Assembly (NCBI GenBank): GCA_030647355.1
Contig: JAUSIS010000006.1
Location: 26,221-90,220, forward strand
Length of the DNA: 64,000 nucleotides
Origin: a bacterium
Lineage (GTDB): Bacteria > Patescibacteriota > UBA1384 > VFKW01
Direction: 5' to 3'
Within the stretch, counting starts at the first letter, position 1. Every line of letters begins with the position of its first letter. The notes under the pieces were generated by a model. That model saw only the letters and a list, made by a program, of their open reading frames with translations. It had not been told where the DNA came from and searched no databases. The position numbers were made by a program, and so were the translations under genes. This document shows, in pieces, positions 30,068-39,138 of the stretch.

Positions 30068-31135
30068 ATGGCAGATACTTTAGCAGCGGAGATGAAGTCA
30101 CTTTTGGACCAAGCAATTGATAAGCGGGCGAGTGATTTGCATTTAACAGTAGGACTTCCACCTACTTTGCGTATTGACGGGCGCTTGATTGCGGTGGCCG
30201 ATAAAGGGGTTTTGAACGCCGAGGATTGCGAAAAACTGATTTTGAGCATTATGCTGCCGGAGCAGATTGAGAAATTAAGACAGAGAAAAGAGATAGATTT
30301 TTCTTTTGGCTACCAGCAGATGCGTTTTCGTACCAATGTCTTTTACCAAAAAGGGTATCTATCTGCCGCGCTTCGTTCGATCAGTCTAAAAATCAAAACT
30401 ATCGAAGAACTTGGCTTGCCTCCGATTTTGGAGAAATTTACTCTGCCAAGTCAGGGATTTGTGATTATTACCGGTCCGACTGGTCATGGAAAGTCCACAA
30501 CTCTGGCGGCATTAATTGAACATATCAATCAAACTCGCTCTGAACATATAATCACAATCGAAGACCCAATCGAGTATGTTTTTGAGCACAAGAAAAGTAT
30601 TGTCACTCAGAGGGAAATTAGCAGTGATAGTAATTCCTTTGCCCGAGCTTTGCGCAGCGCGCTGCGCCAAGATCCGGATGTTATTCTAGTGGGTGAAATG
30701 CGTGATCTGGAAACGATTGATGCGGCTTTAACGCTGGCTGAAACGGGGCATTTGGTCTTTACGACACTGCATACTAATTCAGCTTCACAGACTGCCGATC
30801 GTATTATTGATGTTTTCCCGCCACATCAGCAGCAACAGATCAGAATGCAGCTGGCTAATGTACTTTTAGGAGTGATATCGCAGAGATTATTGCCGAGGAT
30901 TTCCGGAGGCAGGGTGCTGGCGTGTGAGATTATGATGGCTAATTCGGCGGTGAGAAATACGATTAGAGAAGGAAAGACACATCAGTTGCCGAATGTTATT
31001 CAGACTAGTGCTTCCGAGGGTATGATCAGTTTGGATAAAGTTTTAGCTGAATTGGTTAGTAAAGGTGAGATTACTATAGATGATGCTTTGGCTTGGTCGC
31101 TTGATCCTAAGGCATTTAAAATGATGGTGTATTAA
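30068..31135 (+). CDS. pilT: Type IV pilus retraction ATPase
   Basis: ASDLHL, GPTGHGKSTT, LRQDPDVILVGEMRD, AVRNTIRE. Confidence 0.95.
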   Translation: MADTLAAEMKSLLDQAIDKRASDLHLTVGLPPTLRIDGRLIAVADKGVLNAEDCEKLILSIMLPEQIEKLRQRKEIDFSFGYQQMRFRTNVFYQKGYLSAALRSISLKIKTIEELGLPPILEKFTLPSQGFVIITGPTGHGKSTTLAALIEHINQTRSEHIITIEDPIEYVFEHKKSIVTQREISSDSNSFARALRSALRQDPDVILVGEMRDLETIDAALTLAETGHLVFTTLHTNSASQTADRIIDVFPPHQQQQIRMQLANVLLGVISQRLLPRISGGRVLACEIMMANSAVRNTIREGKTHQLPNVIQTSASEGMISLDKVLAELVSKGEITIDDALAWSLDPKAFKMMVY

Positions 31136-31151
31136 AAATCCGAAGGATTTT

Positions 31152-31199
31152 TAATAAGCTTGTAAGCAGTAAGAAGTAAGTAATAAGCAGTAAGAAAAT
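31152..31199 (+). repeat. Degenerate 7-mer tandem array (NNNTAAG)
   Basis: taataag cttgtaag cagtaag aagtaag taataag cagtaag; related arrays near 32381-32437, 35503-35518, 49421-49454. Confidence 0.75.
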
Positions 31200-31200
31200 A

Positions 31201-31290
31201 TTGTTCGAGCGAAGTCGAGAACTACAAGGGATATGGATCCTGAAACAAGTTCGGGATGACGAATAACTTCTCGACAAGCTCGAAGAATAG
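31201..31290. repeat. Inverted pair of TTCTCGAC-N-GCTCGAA palindromes enclosing a GATCCTGAAACAAGTTCGGGATGAC palindrome
   Basis: Direct reading; related copies at 35471-35495 and inside ileS 44005-44052. Confidence 0.75.
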
Positions 31291-31304
31291 CTCGGAGGGA
31301 AAAA

Positions 31305-32378
31305 GTGGCGCGGAGTTTAGTACAACAATATCTTCCATTTTTGACCAATGTCTCGATACGAGATAAGGCGTTTGTTGCCAGGCAGTTGGCGACAATGCTG
31401 GAGTCGGGAATTCCGCTGGCGCAATCCGTTTCTATTATTGGTGTGCAGGCGAGCAATGATATTATGCAAGAGACAATGGCGGCTATTGTTCATGATCTTG
31501 AGCATGGTTTAAACTTTTCGACTGCTATAGGTAAACACCCCAGACTTTTTAGTCGAGTTTTTGTCTCTGCAGTTAGGGCGGGTGAGGCGTCGGGGCGATT
31601 AGACAGTGTGCTGGGGGAATTAGCTTCTCAGCTTGAGAAGGATACTGATGCGACATCGAAGATAAAAGGCGCTCTGATGTATCCGGCATTTATCTTCGGT
31701 GCAATGATTGTCACGGTTGTGATTATGATGGTTAAGATCGTACCGCAGCTGGAGTCGGTATTTATGGAAAATAACGCTCAATTACCATTTACCACGACAG
31801 TAATTATGTCACTTAGCCGATCAATGGTGGCGTATTGGTGGATATATCTTATCGCCGTTAGCTTTACTGTATGGGGACTGGGTTTTTATCTGAAAACAGA
31901 TTCAGGGCGGGAACATTGGAATACCTTAAAAATCAGGATGCCTATAATCGGGACGATTAATAAAGGAAATTATATGGCGCGGTTTGCCAGAACTCTGTCT
32001 ATGCTTATTGCGTCAGGTGTGCCGATTATTGAGTCGCTGAAAATAGTGGCAGATTCGATTGATAACGATATTTATAGAGAGGGTTTACTCCGGGTAGCTT
32101 ATGACGTTTCGCGGGGTGTTCCGATATCAGTGCCACTACAGAGGGATAAAAATTTTCCAATGATAGTTTCTCAGATGGCAATTGTGGGCGAGCAGACTGG
32201 TAAAATGGATGAAGTGTTTTCCAAATTGGCACATTATTACGAAGGTCAGACAGAGGATAAGATTAAAGGTATGGCTTCTCTTCTGGAGCCGGCTGTTTTG
32301 GTAGTCATAGGTCTAGGTGCAGCATTTGTTGTTTTTGCCATCATTATGCCGCTTTACAATCTGACCAGTGTTATGTAA
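31305..32378 (+). CDS. pilC: Type IV pilus platform protein PilC/GspF
   Basis: RQLATMLESGIP, AGEASGRL, KIKGALMYP, VGEQTGKMD, LLEP. Confidence 0.94.
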   Translation: MARSLVQQYLPFLTNVSIRDKAFVARQLATMLESGIPLAQSVSIIGVQASNDIMQETMAAIVHDLEHGLNFSTAIGKHPRLFSRVFVSAVRAGEASGRLDSVLGELASQLEKDTDATSKIKGALMYPAFIFGAMIVTVVIMMVKIVPQLESVFMENNAQLPFTTTVIMSLSRSMVAYWWIYLIAVSFTVWGLGFYLKTDSGREHWNTLKIRMPIIGTINKGNYMARFARTLSMLIASGVPIIESLKIVADSIDNDIYREGLLRVAYDVSRGVPISVPLQRDKNFPMIVSQMAIVGEQTGKMDEVFSKLAHYYEGQTEDKIKGMASLLEPAVLVVIGLGAAFVVFAIIMPLYNLTSVM

Positions 32379-32445
32379 CAATTAAGCTGGTAAGAAATAA
32401 GCAGTAAGCTGGTAAGAATTAAGAAATAATGAATGAGGAAAAGAG

Positions 32446-32856
32446 ATGACGACGGAAGATAAAAAAGAGATAGTAGAAATAGTAGGGAATGTGGTAGAGG
32501 AGAAAGTTTTCCCTCGTTTTGACGAACAAGAAAAAAGAATGGTGAAGCTGTTTGTGCAGGCGGAAAAAAATACTGATAGGAAGATTGATGAATTGGCGAT
32601 AATGATGAATGGTCAATTTCAGAAGATAGATGAAAGGTTTGGCAACTTAGAAAACAGAATGGAAGGTATGGAAGGTAGGATGGAAGGTATGGAAGGTAGG
32701 ATGAGTGGTATAGAAGGTAGGATGAGTGGCTTGGAAGAAAGAATGGATCGGATTGAGAGAAAATTGGATGCGGAGATTGAAAGACATGATAGATTGTCGG
32801 TGAAGTCGGAAGATCACGGGAAGAGGATAGGAGTTTTGGAGGTAGCTGGGAGTTAA
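32446..32856 (+). CDS. Hypothetical coiled-coil protein with 21-bp (heptad) tandem repeats
   Basis: RMEGMEG RMEGMEG RMSGIEG RMSGLEE RMDRIER at 32656-32760. Confidence 0.7.
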   Translation: MTTEDKKEIVEIVGNVVEEKVFPRFDEQEKRMVKLFVQAEKNTDRKIDELAIMMNGQFQKIDERFGNLENRMEGMEGRMEGMEGRMSGIEGRMSGLEERMDRIERKLDAEIERHDRLSVKSEDHGKRIGVLEVAGS

Positions 32857-32946
32857 GTGGCAAGAGATATAGGGCAAAGGCCTTGTTCTCTGGTTGCTTA
32901 AAACCCCTCACCCTTTAAGCAAAGGATGAGGGATAATAAGGAGGTT

Positions 32947-33039
32947 CCCAGCTCTTTCTGAGCTTGTCAATATCTGTGTGTTGTTGGGACATTATGGCGA
33001 TATTAGCAGATAAGGATGATGAGTTGAGAAAGGGCTGGG
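32947..33039 (+). repeat. About 93-nt hairpin element CCCAGCTCTTT...AAAGGGCTGGG
   Basis: Homologous along its length to 61859-61952; short reverse-orientation copies at 60696-60722 and 63552-63586. Confidence 0.75.
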
Positions 33040-33172
33040 TAGGTCGGTAACCGACAACGGTATTTTCATTCGTTTATTTGCAGCCAGAAATGGGAAAATG
33101 TCAAATGACAAATTTCCAATGTCAAATAATTAACCCGCCGTCGCTGAAGCTATGGCGGGCGAAGGAGAAAAA

Positions 33173-33673
33173 ATGAGAAAAAAAGGTTTTACACTTATCG
33201 AACTTTTGGTGGTTATTGCCATCATTGGTATCTTAGCGGCAACAGTCTTGATCGGTATGCGATCGGCTCGTTCCAAAGCCAGAGATACGCAGAGGAAAAA
33301 CAATGTCAGATCGGTAATAAATATGCTAGAGTTGTATTATGATGACAATGTATCTGCGGGTTATCCAGCTACGACCTTAGCTGCCACTTGCTATAACGTG
33401 AATGGTTTGTCTGATGGTGATGCCAGCGGAGGCATTTCAGTCTTAGTGTCTGCGTTAAACGCTACAGCTGCATATGATATATCTGATATTACACAGAGCG
33501 ATGATCAGGCTGCAAGATATGGTTTTACTACCACTCTTACCGGTGCAACACCAGATCGCGTGAACAACGGTGCTTGTGCTGCAATGCTTCCAGCACAAGC
33601 ACAAGGGCCAGTCTATGTTGGTCAAAACATGGAGGCCCAGGGTAATGCATTTGAGGCACAGACGGCTCAATAG
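33173..33673 (+). CDS. Type IV pilin (probable major pilin)
   Basis: MRKKG|FTLIELLVVIAIIGILA class III signal; 166 aa; two Cys; followed by strong hairpins. Confidence 0.9.
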   Translation: MRKKGFTLIELLVVIAIIGILAATVLIGMRSARSKARDTQRKNNVRSVINMLELYYDDNVSAGYPATTLAATCYNVNGLSDGDASGGISVLVSALNATAAYDISDITQSDDQAARYGFTTTLTGATPDRVNNGACAAMLPAQAQGPVYVGQNMEAQGNAFEAQTAQ

Positions 33674-33717
33674 TCGGTATTTAGAGGGGAGGAGGTCCTC
33701 CTCCTTTCGAGTGTGTT

Positions 33718-33750
33718 AAAAAGAGTCCCGATAGTACATCGGGACTCTTT
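33718..33750 (+). terminator. Hairpin/terminator after pilin
   Basis: aaagagtcccgat-agtac-atcgggactcttt. Confidence 0.6.
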
Positions 33751-33765
33751 GGGTGTAGGGGAGGG

Positions 33766-34137
33766 GATTGCTTTGTCGCTTCGCTCCTCGCAATGACAGA
33801 GAACTGCTGTTCGCAGTGACACGGAAAGTGGAGAAGATTGCCGCGCTTCGCTCGCAATGACAGGAAAGTAAGATTGCCGCGCTACGCTCGCAATGACAGA
33901 AGGGAGATTGCTTCGGACGACACTCGCAATGACAAAGGAAGCTTCTCGCAATGACAAAGGAGAGATTGCTTCGGACGACGCTCGCAATGACACGGAAAGT
34001 GGAGAAGATTGCCGCGCTGCGCTCGTAATGACATAAGCACACTCGCGATGTTCGTCAGAAAGATTGCTTCGTCGCTACGCTCCTCGCAATGACACGGAAA
34101 AAACGCTGGTCATTGCGAGCGAACAGCGAAGCAATCT
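33766..34137. repeat. REP-like array (GATTGC...CTCGCAATGAC), about 10 direct units plus 1 inverted unit
   Basis: Direct reading of repeated units separated by short purine-rich spacers. Confidence 0.92.
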
Positions 34138-34148
34138 ATAATGGAAAT

Positions 34149-34445
34149 ATGAAAGATAAAAATTATTACGTATATTTTATGATGAATTTCAGTAATACGG
34201 TTATTTATGTGGGAGTAACTAATGATTTAGCGAGAAGAGTTTACGAGCACAAAAATAAGCTTATTGATGGGTTTACTAAAAAATATAATGTAAATAAACT
34301 TGTGTATTATGAAGAGTATGATGATCCGCTGATCGCAATCGCCAGAGAAAAACAGATAAAAGCTGGATCGAGGGATAAAAAGATGAGGTTGATTGCGAAA
34401 GATAATCCAAGGTTTGAAGATTTGTACGATGGTTTGTTTGGTTGA
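34149..34445 (+). CDS. Stand-alone GIY-YIG nuclease family protein (98 aa)
   Basis: YYVY...IYVGVTNDLARRVYEHK...GFTKKYNVNKLVYYE...AIAREKQIK...NP. Confidence 0.92.
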   Translation: MKDKNYYVYFMMNFSNTVIYVGVTNDLARRVYEHKNKLIDGFTKKYNVNKLVYYEEYDDPLIAIAREKQIKAGSRDKKMRLIAKDNPRFEDLYDGLFG

Positions 34446-34450
34446 GAAAG

Positions 34451-34592
34451 AAGATTGCCGCGCTTCGCTCGCAATGACAGAGGGGAGATTGCTTCGGACG
34501 ACACTCGCAATGACAAAGGAAGCTTCTCGCAATGACAAAGGAGAGATTGCTTCGGACGACACTCGCAATGACAGAAATAGTGCTTGCGATGA
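34451..34592. repeat. REP-like array, 5 direct units
   Basis: Same family; 34451-34573 near-identical to 33870-33992. Confidence 0.92.
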
Positions 34593-34664
34593 CGAAGGAA
34601 AGGTATTATTTGGAAATTTTGTTAATTCTAGGATATAATAGATTTAAGTAGTAAGGAGCGGATT

Positions 34665-35465
34665 ATGACAATTTTGATAGTGTTTATCTTTGGGTTAATG
34701 GTAGGATCTTTTTTAAATGTGGTGATACTGCGCATGGATGAGCTGGAGACTATTGTAAATACCCGATCTCACTGCCCGAAGTGTAAAAAAGATTTGTCTT
34801 GGTATGATCTGGTGCCTCTCTTGAGTTTTTTGTTGCTTCGGACGCGGTGCCGATATTGTAAGGAAAAAATTTCTTTGCAATATCCCTTGGTTGAACTGGG
34901 GACGGCTCTGGGCTTTGCGGCAGTATATCAATTTGTAGTGAACCAAGGGATTGGATTCGAGTGGCAGGTAATCAGTTTGATATTTTATCTTCTGATAGTA
35001 TCTTTTTTGGTGGTATTGTTTGTTTATGATCTTAGGAAATATTTGGTACCGGATGAGATCGTTTGGCCGGCAATTATCTTAACGGTTATTTTTCAAGTAT
35101 TGGCAATTCAATTCATACCGGATTACAGATTGAACTGGATGGATTTGCTATTGGGAGGATTAATCGGCGCTGGAGTGCCGGCATTACTTTCTATTCCGTC
35201 TAAAGGGAAATGGATGGGGTATGGCGACATCGCGATCGGAGCGCTTTTAGGGCTGGTGCTCGGTTATCCGCTAGCGATAGTAGGGCTTTTTATGGCGTTT
35301 TGTGCTGGCGGCTTGGTCGGAGTTGTGTTGATATTGGCAGGGTATAAGAAATTGACTTCGGCGGTGCCTTTCGGTCCTTTTTTAACCGCAGGAACTTTTG
35401 CTGCCTTGCTTTATGGGGAAAGAATACTTAATTGGTATCTGGGTTTTTTCGGACTTCGTTATTAG
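34665..35465 (+). CDS. pilD: Prepilin peptidase
   Basis: GSFLNVVI, RSHCPKC, CRYC, YPLVE, MGYGD, VPFGPFL. Confidence 0.96.
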   Translation: MTILIVFIFGLMVGSFLNVVILRMDELETIVNTRSHCPKCKKDLSWYDLVPLLSFLLLRTRCRYCKEKISLQYPLVELGTALGFAAVYQFVVNQGIGFEWQVISLIFYLLIVSFLVVLFVYDLRKYLVPDEIVWPAIILTVIFQVLAIQFIPDYRLNWMDLLLGGLIGAGVPALLSIPSKGKWMGYGDIAIGALLGLVLGYPLAIVGLFMAFCAGGLVGVVLILAGYKKLTSAVPFGPFLTAGTFAALLYGERILNWYLGFFGLRY

Positions 35466-35530
35466 AGGTTACTTCTCGACTTTGCTCAAAGAATAATGCC
35501 AGGCAGTAAGAAATAAACTGGGACAGGGAA

Positions 35531-35580
35531 AGATTGCCACGCTACGCTCGCAATGACACAGAAATAGTACTCGCAATGAC
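35531..35580. repeat. REP-like units (2), same family as 33766
   Basis: agattgccacgctacgctcgcaatgac ... ctcgcaatgac. Confidence 0.85.
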
Positions 35581-35628
35581 AAGGAGGGGATATACAAGCT
35601 TTGGTGGGTTATGTTATGATAGAGAAAA

Positions 35629-36204
35629 GTGAGCGGAGGGGAAGTGAGAGCTCGAAAAAGTAAATTTGGTTTTACCTTGATTGAATTGATGATTACGATC
35701 TCGATTATGGGTATTTTGACAGTCGTGATGATTCCAGCGATTAGGAGTTTTGATAGGCGAAATAAGGTTACATCGGCGGCGGAGCAACTAAAGTCAGCGA
35801 TTCTGGAGGCGAGAAATTATTCAATGTCGCCAAGATTTAGCGATACAAATATTGACCGTTATAGTGTTATGATGGATTTGAGTCAAACTCCGGTTGAGTA
35901 TGAAGTCGGCTATTTTGAAAAGACGACTAATACTTGGCACAGTATTGCACCAAGAAAATTACCTAAAGGTGTTACTGTTGATCAGCGCTATCCTGACGAT
36001 GCTAATCCAAATGATATGGAGATTGGGTTTATGGTTCCTGCTGCTTCGGTCAAGTTTGAGAATTTATTTGATTACACGAACCAAACAACTTGGCCGGCGG
36101 CTAGTGGTATTGGTACGGTGAAGTTATGTGGCGAAAGTGCATCTTGCGGGGATAGTAAAACAGTTAAGATTAACAGTTATACTGGCTTAGTATTGATTGA
36201 ATGA
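35629..36204 (+). CDS. Minor pilin (FimT/GspH-like)
   Basis: KFG|FTLIELMITISIMGIL; first gene of minor-pilin series. Confidence 0.85.
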   Translation: MSGGEVRARKSKFGFTLIELMITISIMGILTVVMIPAIRSFDRRNKVTSAAEQLKSAILEARNYSMSPRFSDTNIDRYSVMMDLSQTPVEYEVGYFEKTTNTWHSIAPRKLPKGVTVDQRYPDDANPNDMEIGFMVPAASVKFENLFDYTNQTTWPAASGIGTVKLCGESASCGDSKTVKINSYTGLVLIE

Positions 36205-36224
36205 TTGTAATTTAGGGAGAAGGT

Positions 36225-36755
36225 ATGTTAATTGCAAAACATAAGATAGGAAATCACAGAAAAGGGTTTGGCATATTAGAGGTAATGATTGCCAGTATGA
36301 TTTTAGTTACAGTAGTCGGAGCGGTGGTGGCGATGGGGAGTGCCAGTGTGAGGGGTGGGTTGACGGCTTCCGATAAGACAACTGCCTACAATTTGGCGCA
36401 AGAGTGTTTGGAGAAGGCGCGGTCCGTGAGAGATGGCAATTGGGTGGATCAGAACATCCCTACGGCTACAGAGTGGAATACCAATCTAACCACAGCAAAT
36501 TTATCAATGTTAAGCGAATGTAAAACTACCTCGGTGGGTACACCGCAAGTTGAGTATACGAGAGGGGTAGTCGTAACAAATGTGCCGTGGTTTGATCCCA
36601 CTTCGGGAGATCCGCCTCAATATGGTGTTCCACTTCAGGATATCCCCGAAGATATGGTACAACAAATTACTGTAACAGTGAGTTGGTTGGGTGAGAATAG
36701 CAATCAGAGTTTGACGGGCAGCACTTATTTAACCGACTGGAAGATGATCAATTAG
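36225..36755 (+). CDS. Minor pilin (PilV/GspI-like)
   Basis: RKG|FGILEVMIAS; AYNLAQECLE; ITVTVSW. Confidence 0.85.
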   Translation: MLIAKHKIGNHRKGFGILEVMIASMILVTVVGAVVAMGSASVRGGLTASDKTTAYNLAQECLEKARSVRDGNWVDQNIPTATEWNTNLTTANLSMLSECKTTSVGTPQVEYTRGVVVTNVPWFDPTSGDPPQYGVPLQDIPEDMVQQITVTVSWLGENSNQSLTGSTYLTDWKMIN

Positions 36756-36791
36756 GTGACAGGTAACAGGGAACAGGAGACAGGAGAGTAA

Positions 36792-37922
36792 ATGGGTGGG
36801 AATTATAAAGAATTGAGTGTTTGGCAAAAGAGCGTGGAGCTGGTGAATGATGTTTATTTACTGACACGTAAATTTCCTAGTGAAGATAAATTTGGTATTG
36901 CACAGCAGATGGAGAGGGCGTCAGTGTCTATCCCTTCGAATATTGCCGAAGGACATCGTAGACAGCATAAAAATGAGTATGTACAGTTTTTACATATAGC
37001 TTTAGCTTCTGCTTCGGAGTTGGAAACTCAGCTAGAAATATGTAGGAGGTTTGACCATTTGAAGAGTTATAAATTTGAAGCGATTGGTGACCGACTTGAG
37101 GAGATAATAAAAATGTTGCATGGCTTAATAAAAGCAGTTAAATCTACTCATACCTGTGATCTGAAACCTCATGCCTCCAGGGGGTATACCTTGGTGGAGA
37201 TACTGGTTGCGTCCACGATATTTGTCAGCGTGGTTGGAATGGGAATTGCTACGTATTCTTCTGCCAGCGGTTTTCAGTCCAAATCGGCGGTTATTCGAGA
37301 GACCAACCAGGCGGCTCGCTATGCGATGGATACGATTGTCAGAGATATAAGGTTAGCTGATAGTTCGGTTGCTTACACAAAGACCATAGGCCCGGATGAT
37401 TATGTATATACTTTTAAGGGGTTTGCTTTTGAGCAAGCTGGCGGAGGTTTAGATACTACCAATAATTCACTTACACAATATACAGGGATAAAGGTTTATC
37501 GGAAAGGAAGTGGTGATTGCAAGGATTTTGTTCAGGAAGTTTATTATTGGATACAATCAAATACGATATCTCAGCAAATCTCCTATTATAATCATACAAA
37601 CGCGAGTGATAAGGATAGTCCAGCTGATTATAATAGTCCTGTTTCCCTTTTATCTGGTTGCACGGTCTCTTCGGCAGCCATACTGTCCGATAGAGTACAG
37701 CTTAGGGTTGATCCAGTGACCAGTGTTACTCAGGCTTTTTTTCAGGGTCAGTCGGCGTTTGATGTGGAAAAGAATAGCGCTCCGTTTTCGATTGCAAATT
37801 TAGCGCCATACCTCAAAGCATCAATGGATGTAGTGCCGATTCATAGTGCCCTTAGTCCTGGAGAAGAAAGTAGGACCATTCATCTTGAGACGACGGTGAC
37901 ACCGCGATTAGTATCATTTTAA
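36792..37922 (+). CDS. Fusion: four-helix-bundle (23S rRNA IVS protein/Avd-like) domain plus minor pilin (PilW/GspJ-like)
   Basis: aa 1-118 YKELSVWQKS...FPSEDKFG...RASVSIPSNIAEG...IALASASELETQL; then SRG|YTLVEILVA. Confidence 0.88.
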   Translation: MGGNYKELSVWQKSVELVNDVYLLTRKFPSEDKFGIAQQMERASVSIPSNIAEGHRRQHKNEYVQFLHIALASASELETQLEICRRFDHLKSYKFEAIGDRLEEIIKMLHGLIKAVKSTHTCDLKPHASRGYTLVEILVASTIFVSVVGMGIATYSSASGFQSKSAVIRETNQAARYAMDTIVRDIRLADSSVAYTKTIGPDDYVYTFKGFAFEQAGGGLDTTNNSLTQYTGIKVYRKGSGDCKDFVQEVYYWIQSNTISQQISYYNHTNASDKDSPADYNSPVSLLSGCTVSSAAILSDRVQLRVDPVTSVTQAFFQGQSAFDVEKNSAPFSIANLAPYLKASMDVVPIHSALSPGEESRTIHLETTVTPRLVSF

Positions 37923-37936
37923 GTTTGGAGCAGACA

Positions 37937-38827
37937 ATGATGTTATTTTTGAAAAGAAAAACCGGTAGTGCGATACTTATTGTGATGCTTTTGATTACAG
38001 TTTTGTCGTCAGTGGCTTTGACTGTTGGTTATTTGGCGATGGCAGAAGTGATGATGGAAACCAATTCCCAAGACGGGATGGTTGCCTACTATGCGGCGGA
38101 AGCGGGGATTGAAGACGGGTTACTCCGGTTTAGATATGATAATAATGTCCAGGTAGGGAGTTTTATCACAGGAGCGGAAAGAGTAGAACGAGTAGATATA
38201 GACGAGACAGATGGGAGTGTGGCTCGGCAACCTATTGTTAATCCGGCTAATTCTCCCGGAGATTCTCTTAGGCAGACATATGACCTGAGGATTAAGTATA
38301 AATCAATTAATGAGGAAGCAATATCTCCGGATATGGACCATTTTGTAAATACTGAGTTAAATAATGATGAGACAGAAAAATTGCTCAAAAAAGACGAATC
38401 ATTGAATGTGTTGGGTTTTGATGTGAATTCCCGACTATATATTAAATTCGTTCGCGATGCCGATGATACTGACCCTATTTGTTCAATAGACCCAACTAAA
38501 TGTTTTATTCAGATTAGAGGGACGAATATAGGGACGGAATTTATTCCTTATTCACAAAGCGACCAATCGGCAACTTCTTATGTTATCAACGCGGGAAGCT
38601 CTGTACTGATTAAATCTTGGGGTATGGATGTCAGGTATGGAATTGCAGCCGAGAGAATCAGCGATTCAAGCGTCATTTCTTTGGATGAAGGTATAACGAC
38701 CATAGAGGCGACTGGGTATTATGGAAGCGCTAAGAGGCGGCTTCAGGCGACTATTGATAGAAAAACAGGGAAATTGCTGGAGATATTTGACTTTACGCTG
38801 AATAGCCAGACAGGGAATATTCAATAG
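37937..38827 (+). CDS. Minor pilin (PilX/GspK-like)
   Basis: KTG|SAILIVMLL lacking E5; AYYAAEAGIEDGL. Confidence 0.85.
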   Translation: MMLFLKRKTGSAILIVMLLITVLSSVALTVGYLAMAEVMMETNSQDGMVAYYAAEAGIEDGLLRFRYDNNVQVGSFITGAERVERVDIDETDGSVARQPIVNPANSPGDSLRQTYDLRIKYKSINEEAISPDMDHFVNTELNNDETEKLLKKDESLNVLGFDVNSRLYIKFVRDADDTDPICSIDPTKCFIQIRGTNIGTEFIPYSQSDQSATSYVINAGSSVLIKSWGMDVRYGIAAERISDSSVISLDEGITTIEATGYYGSAKRRLQATIDRKTGKLLEIFDFTLNSQTGNIQ

Positions 38828-38863
38828 TATCAGGAATATCAAGTATTGGGTGCGTTTCTTCCA

Positions 38864-39108
38864 GTCATCGCGAGGAATGTAATGACGCGGCGATCTGATG
38901 AGAGGATGATGTATGTAGTAGATTGCTTCGTCGCTACGCTCCTCGCAATGACACAGGAAAGTAAGATTGCCGCGCTACGCTCGCAATGACGAAGGAAGCT
39001 CCTCGCAATGACACAGGAAAGTAAGATTGCCGCGCTACGCTCGCAATGACAGGAAAGTAAGATTGCCACGCTTCGCTCGCAATGACACAGGAATGAGCTC
39101 GCAACGAC
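38864..39108. repeat. REP-like array: 1 inverted plus 6 direct units
   Basis: gtcatcgcgagg...gcgatct, 23-nt spacer, agattgcttcgtcgctacgctcctcgcaatgac, then tandem units. Confidence 0.9.
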
Positions 39109-39138
39109 AAGGAAGGGGTTATATTAGGGAGATAGAAT

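Noticed and set aside
33667-34568. Minus-strand ORFs (33667-33993, 33716-34042, 34227-34568) and 38839-39069
   Set aside because: They are translations of the palindromic repeats (CHCERSAA, VIASEA, SLRA) or antisense to the nuclease gene.
33766-34592. CRISPR array
   Set aside because: Repeat units vary in length, spacers are short (about 8-15 nt) and themselves repeated, one unit is inverted, and no cas gene is present.
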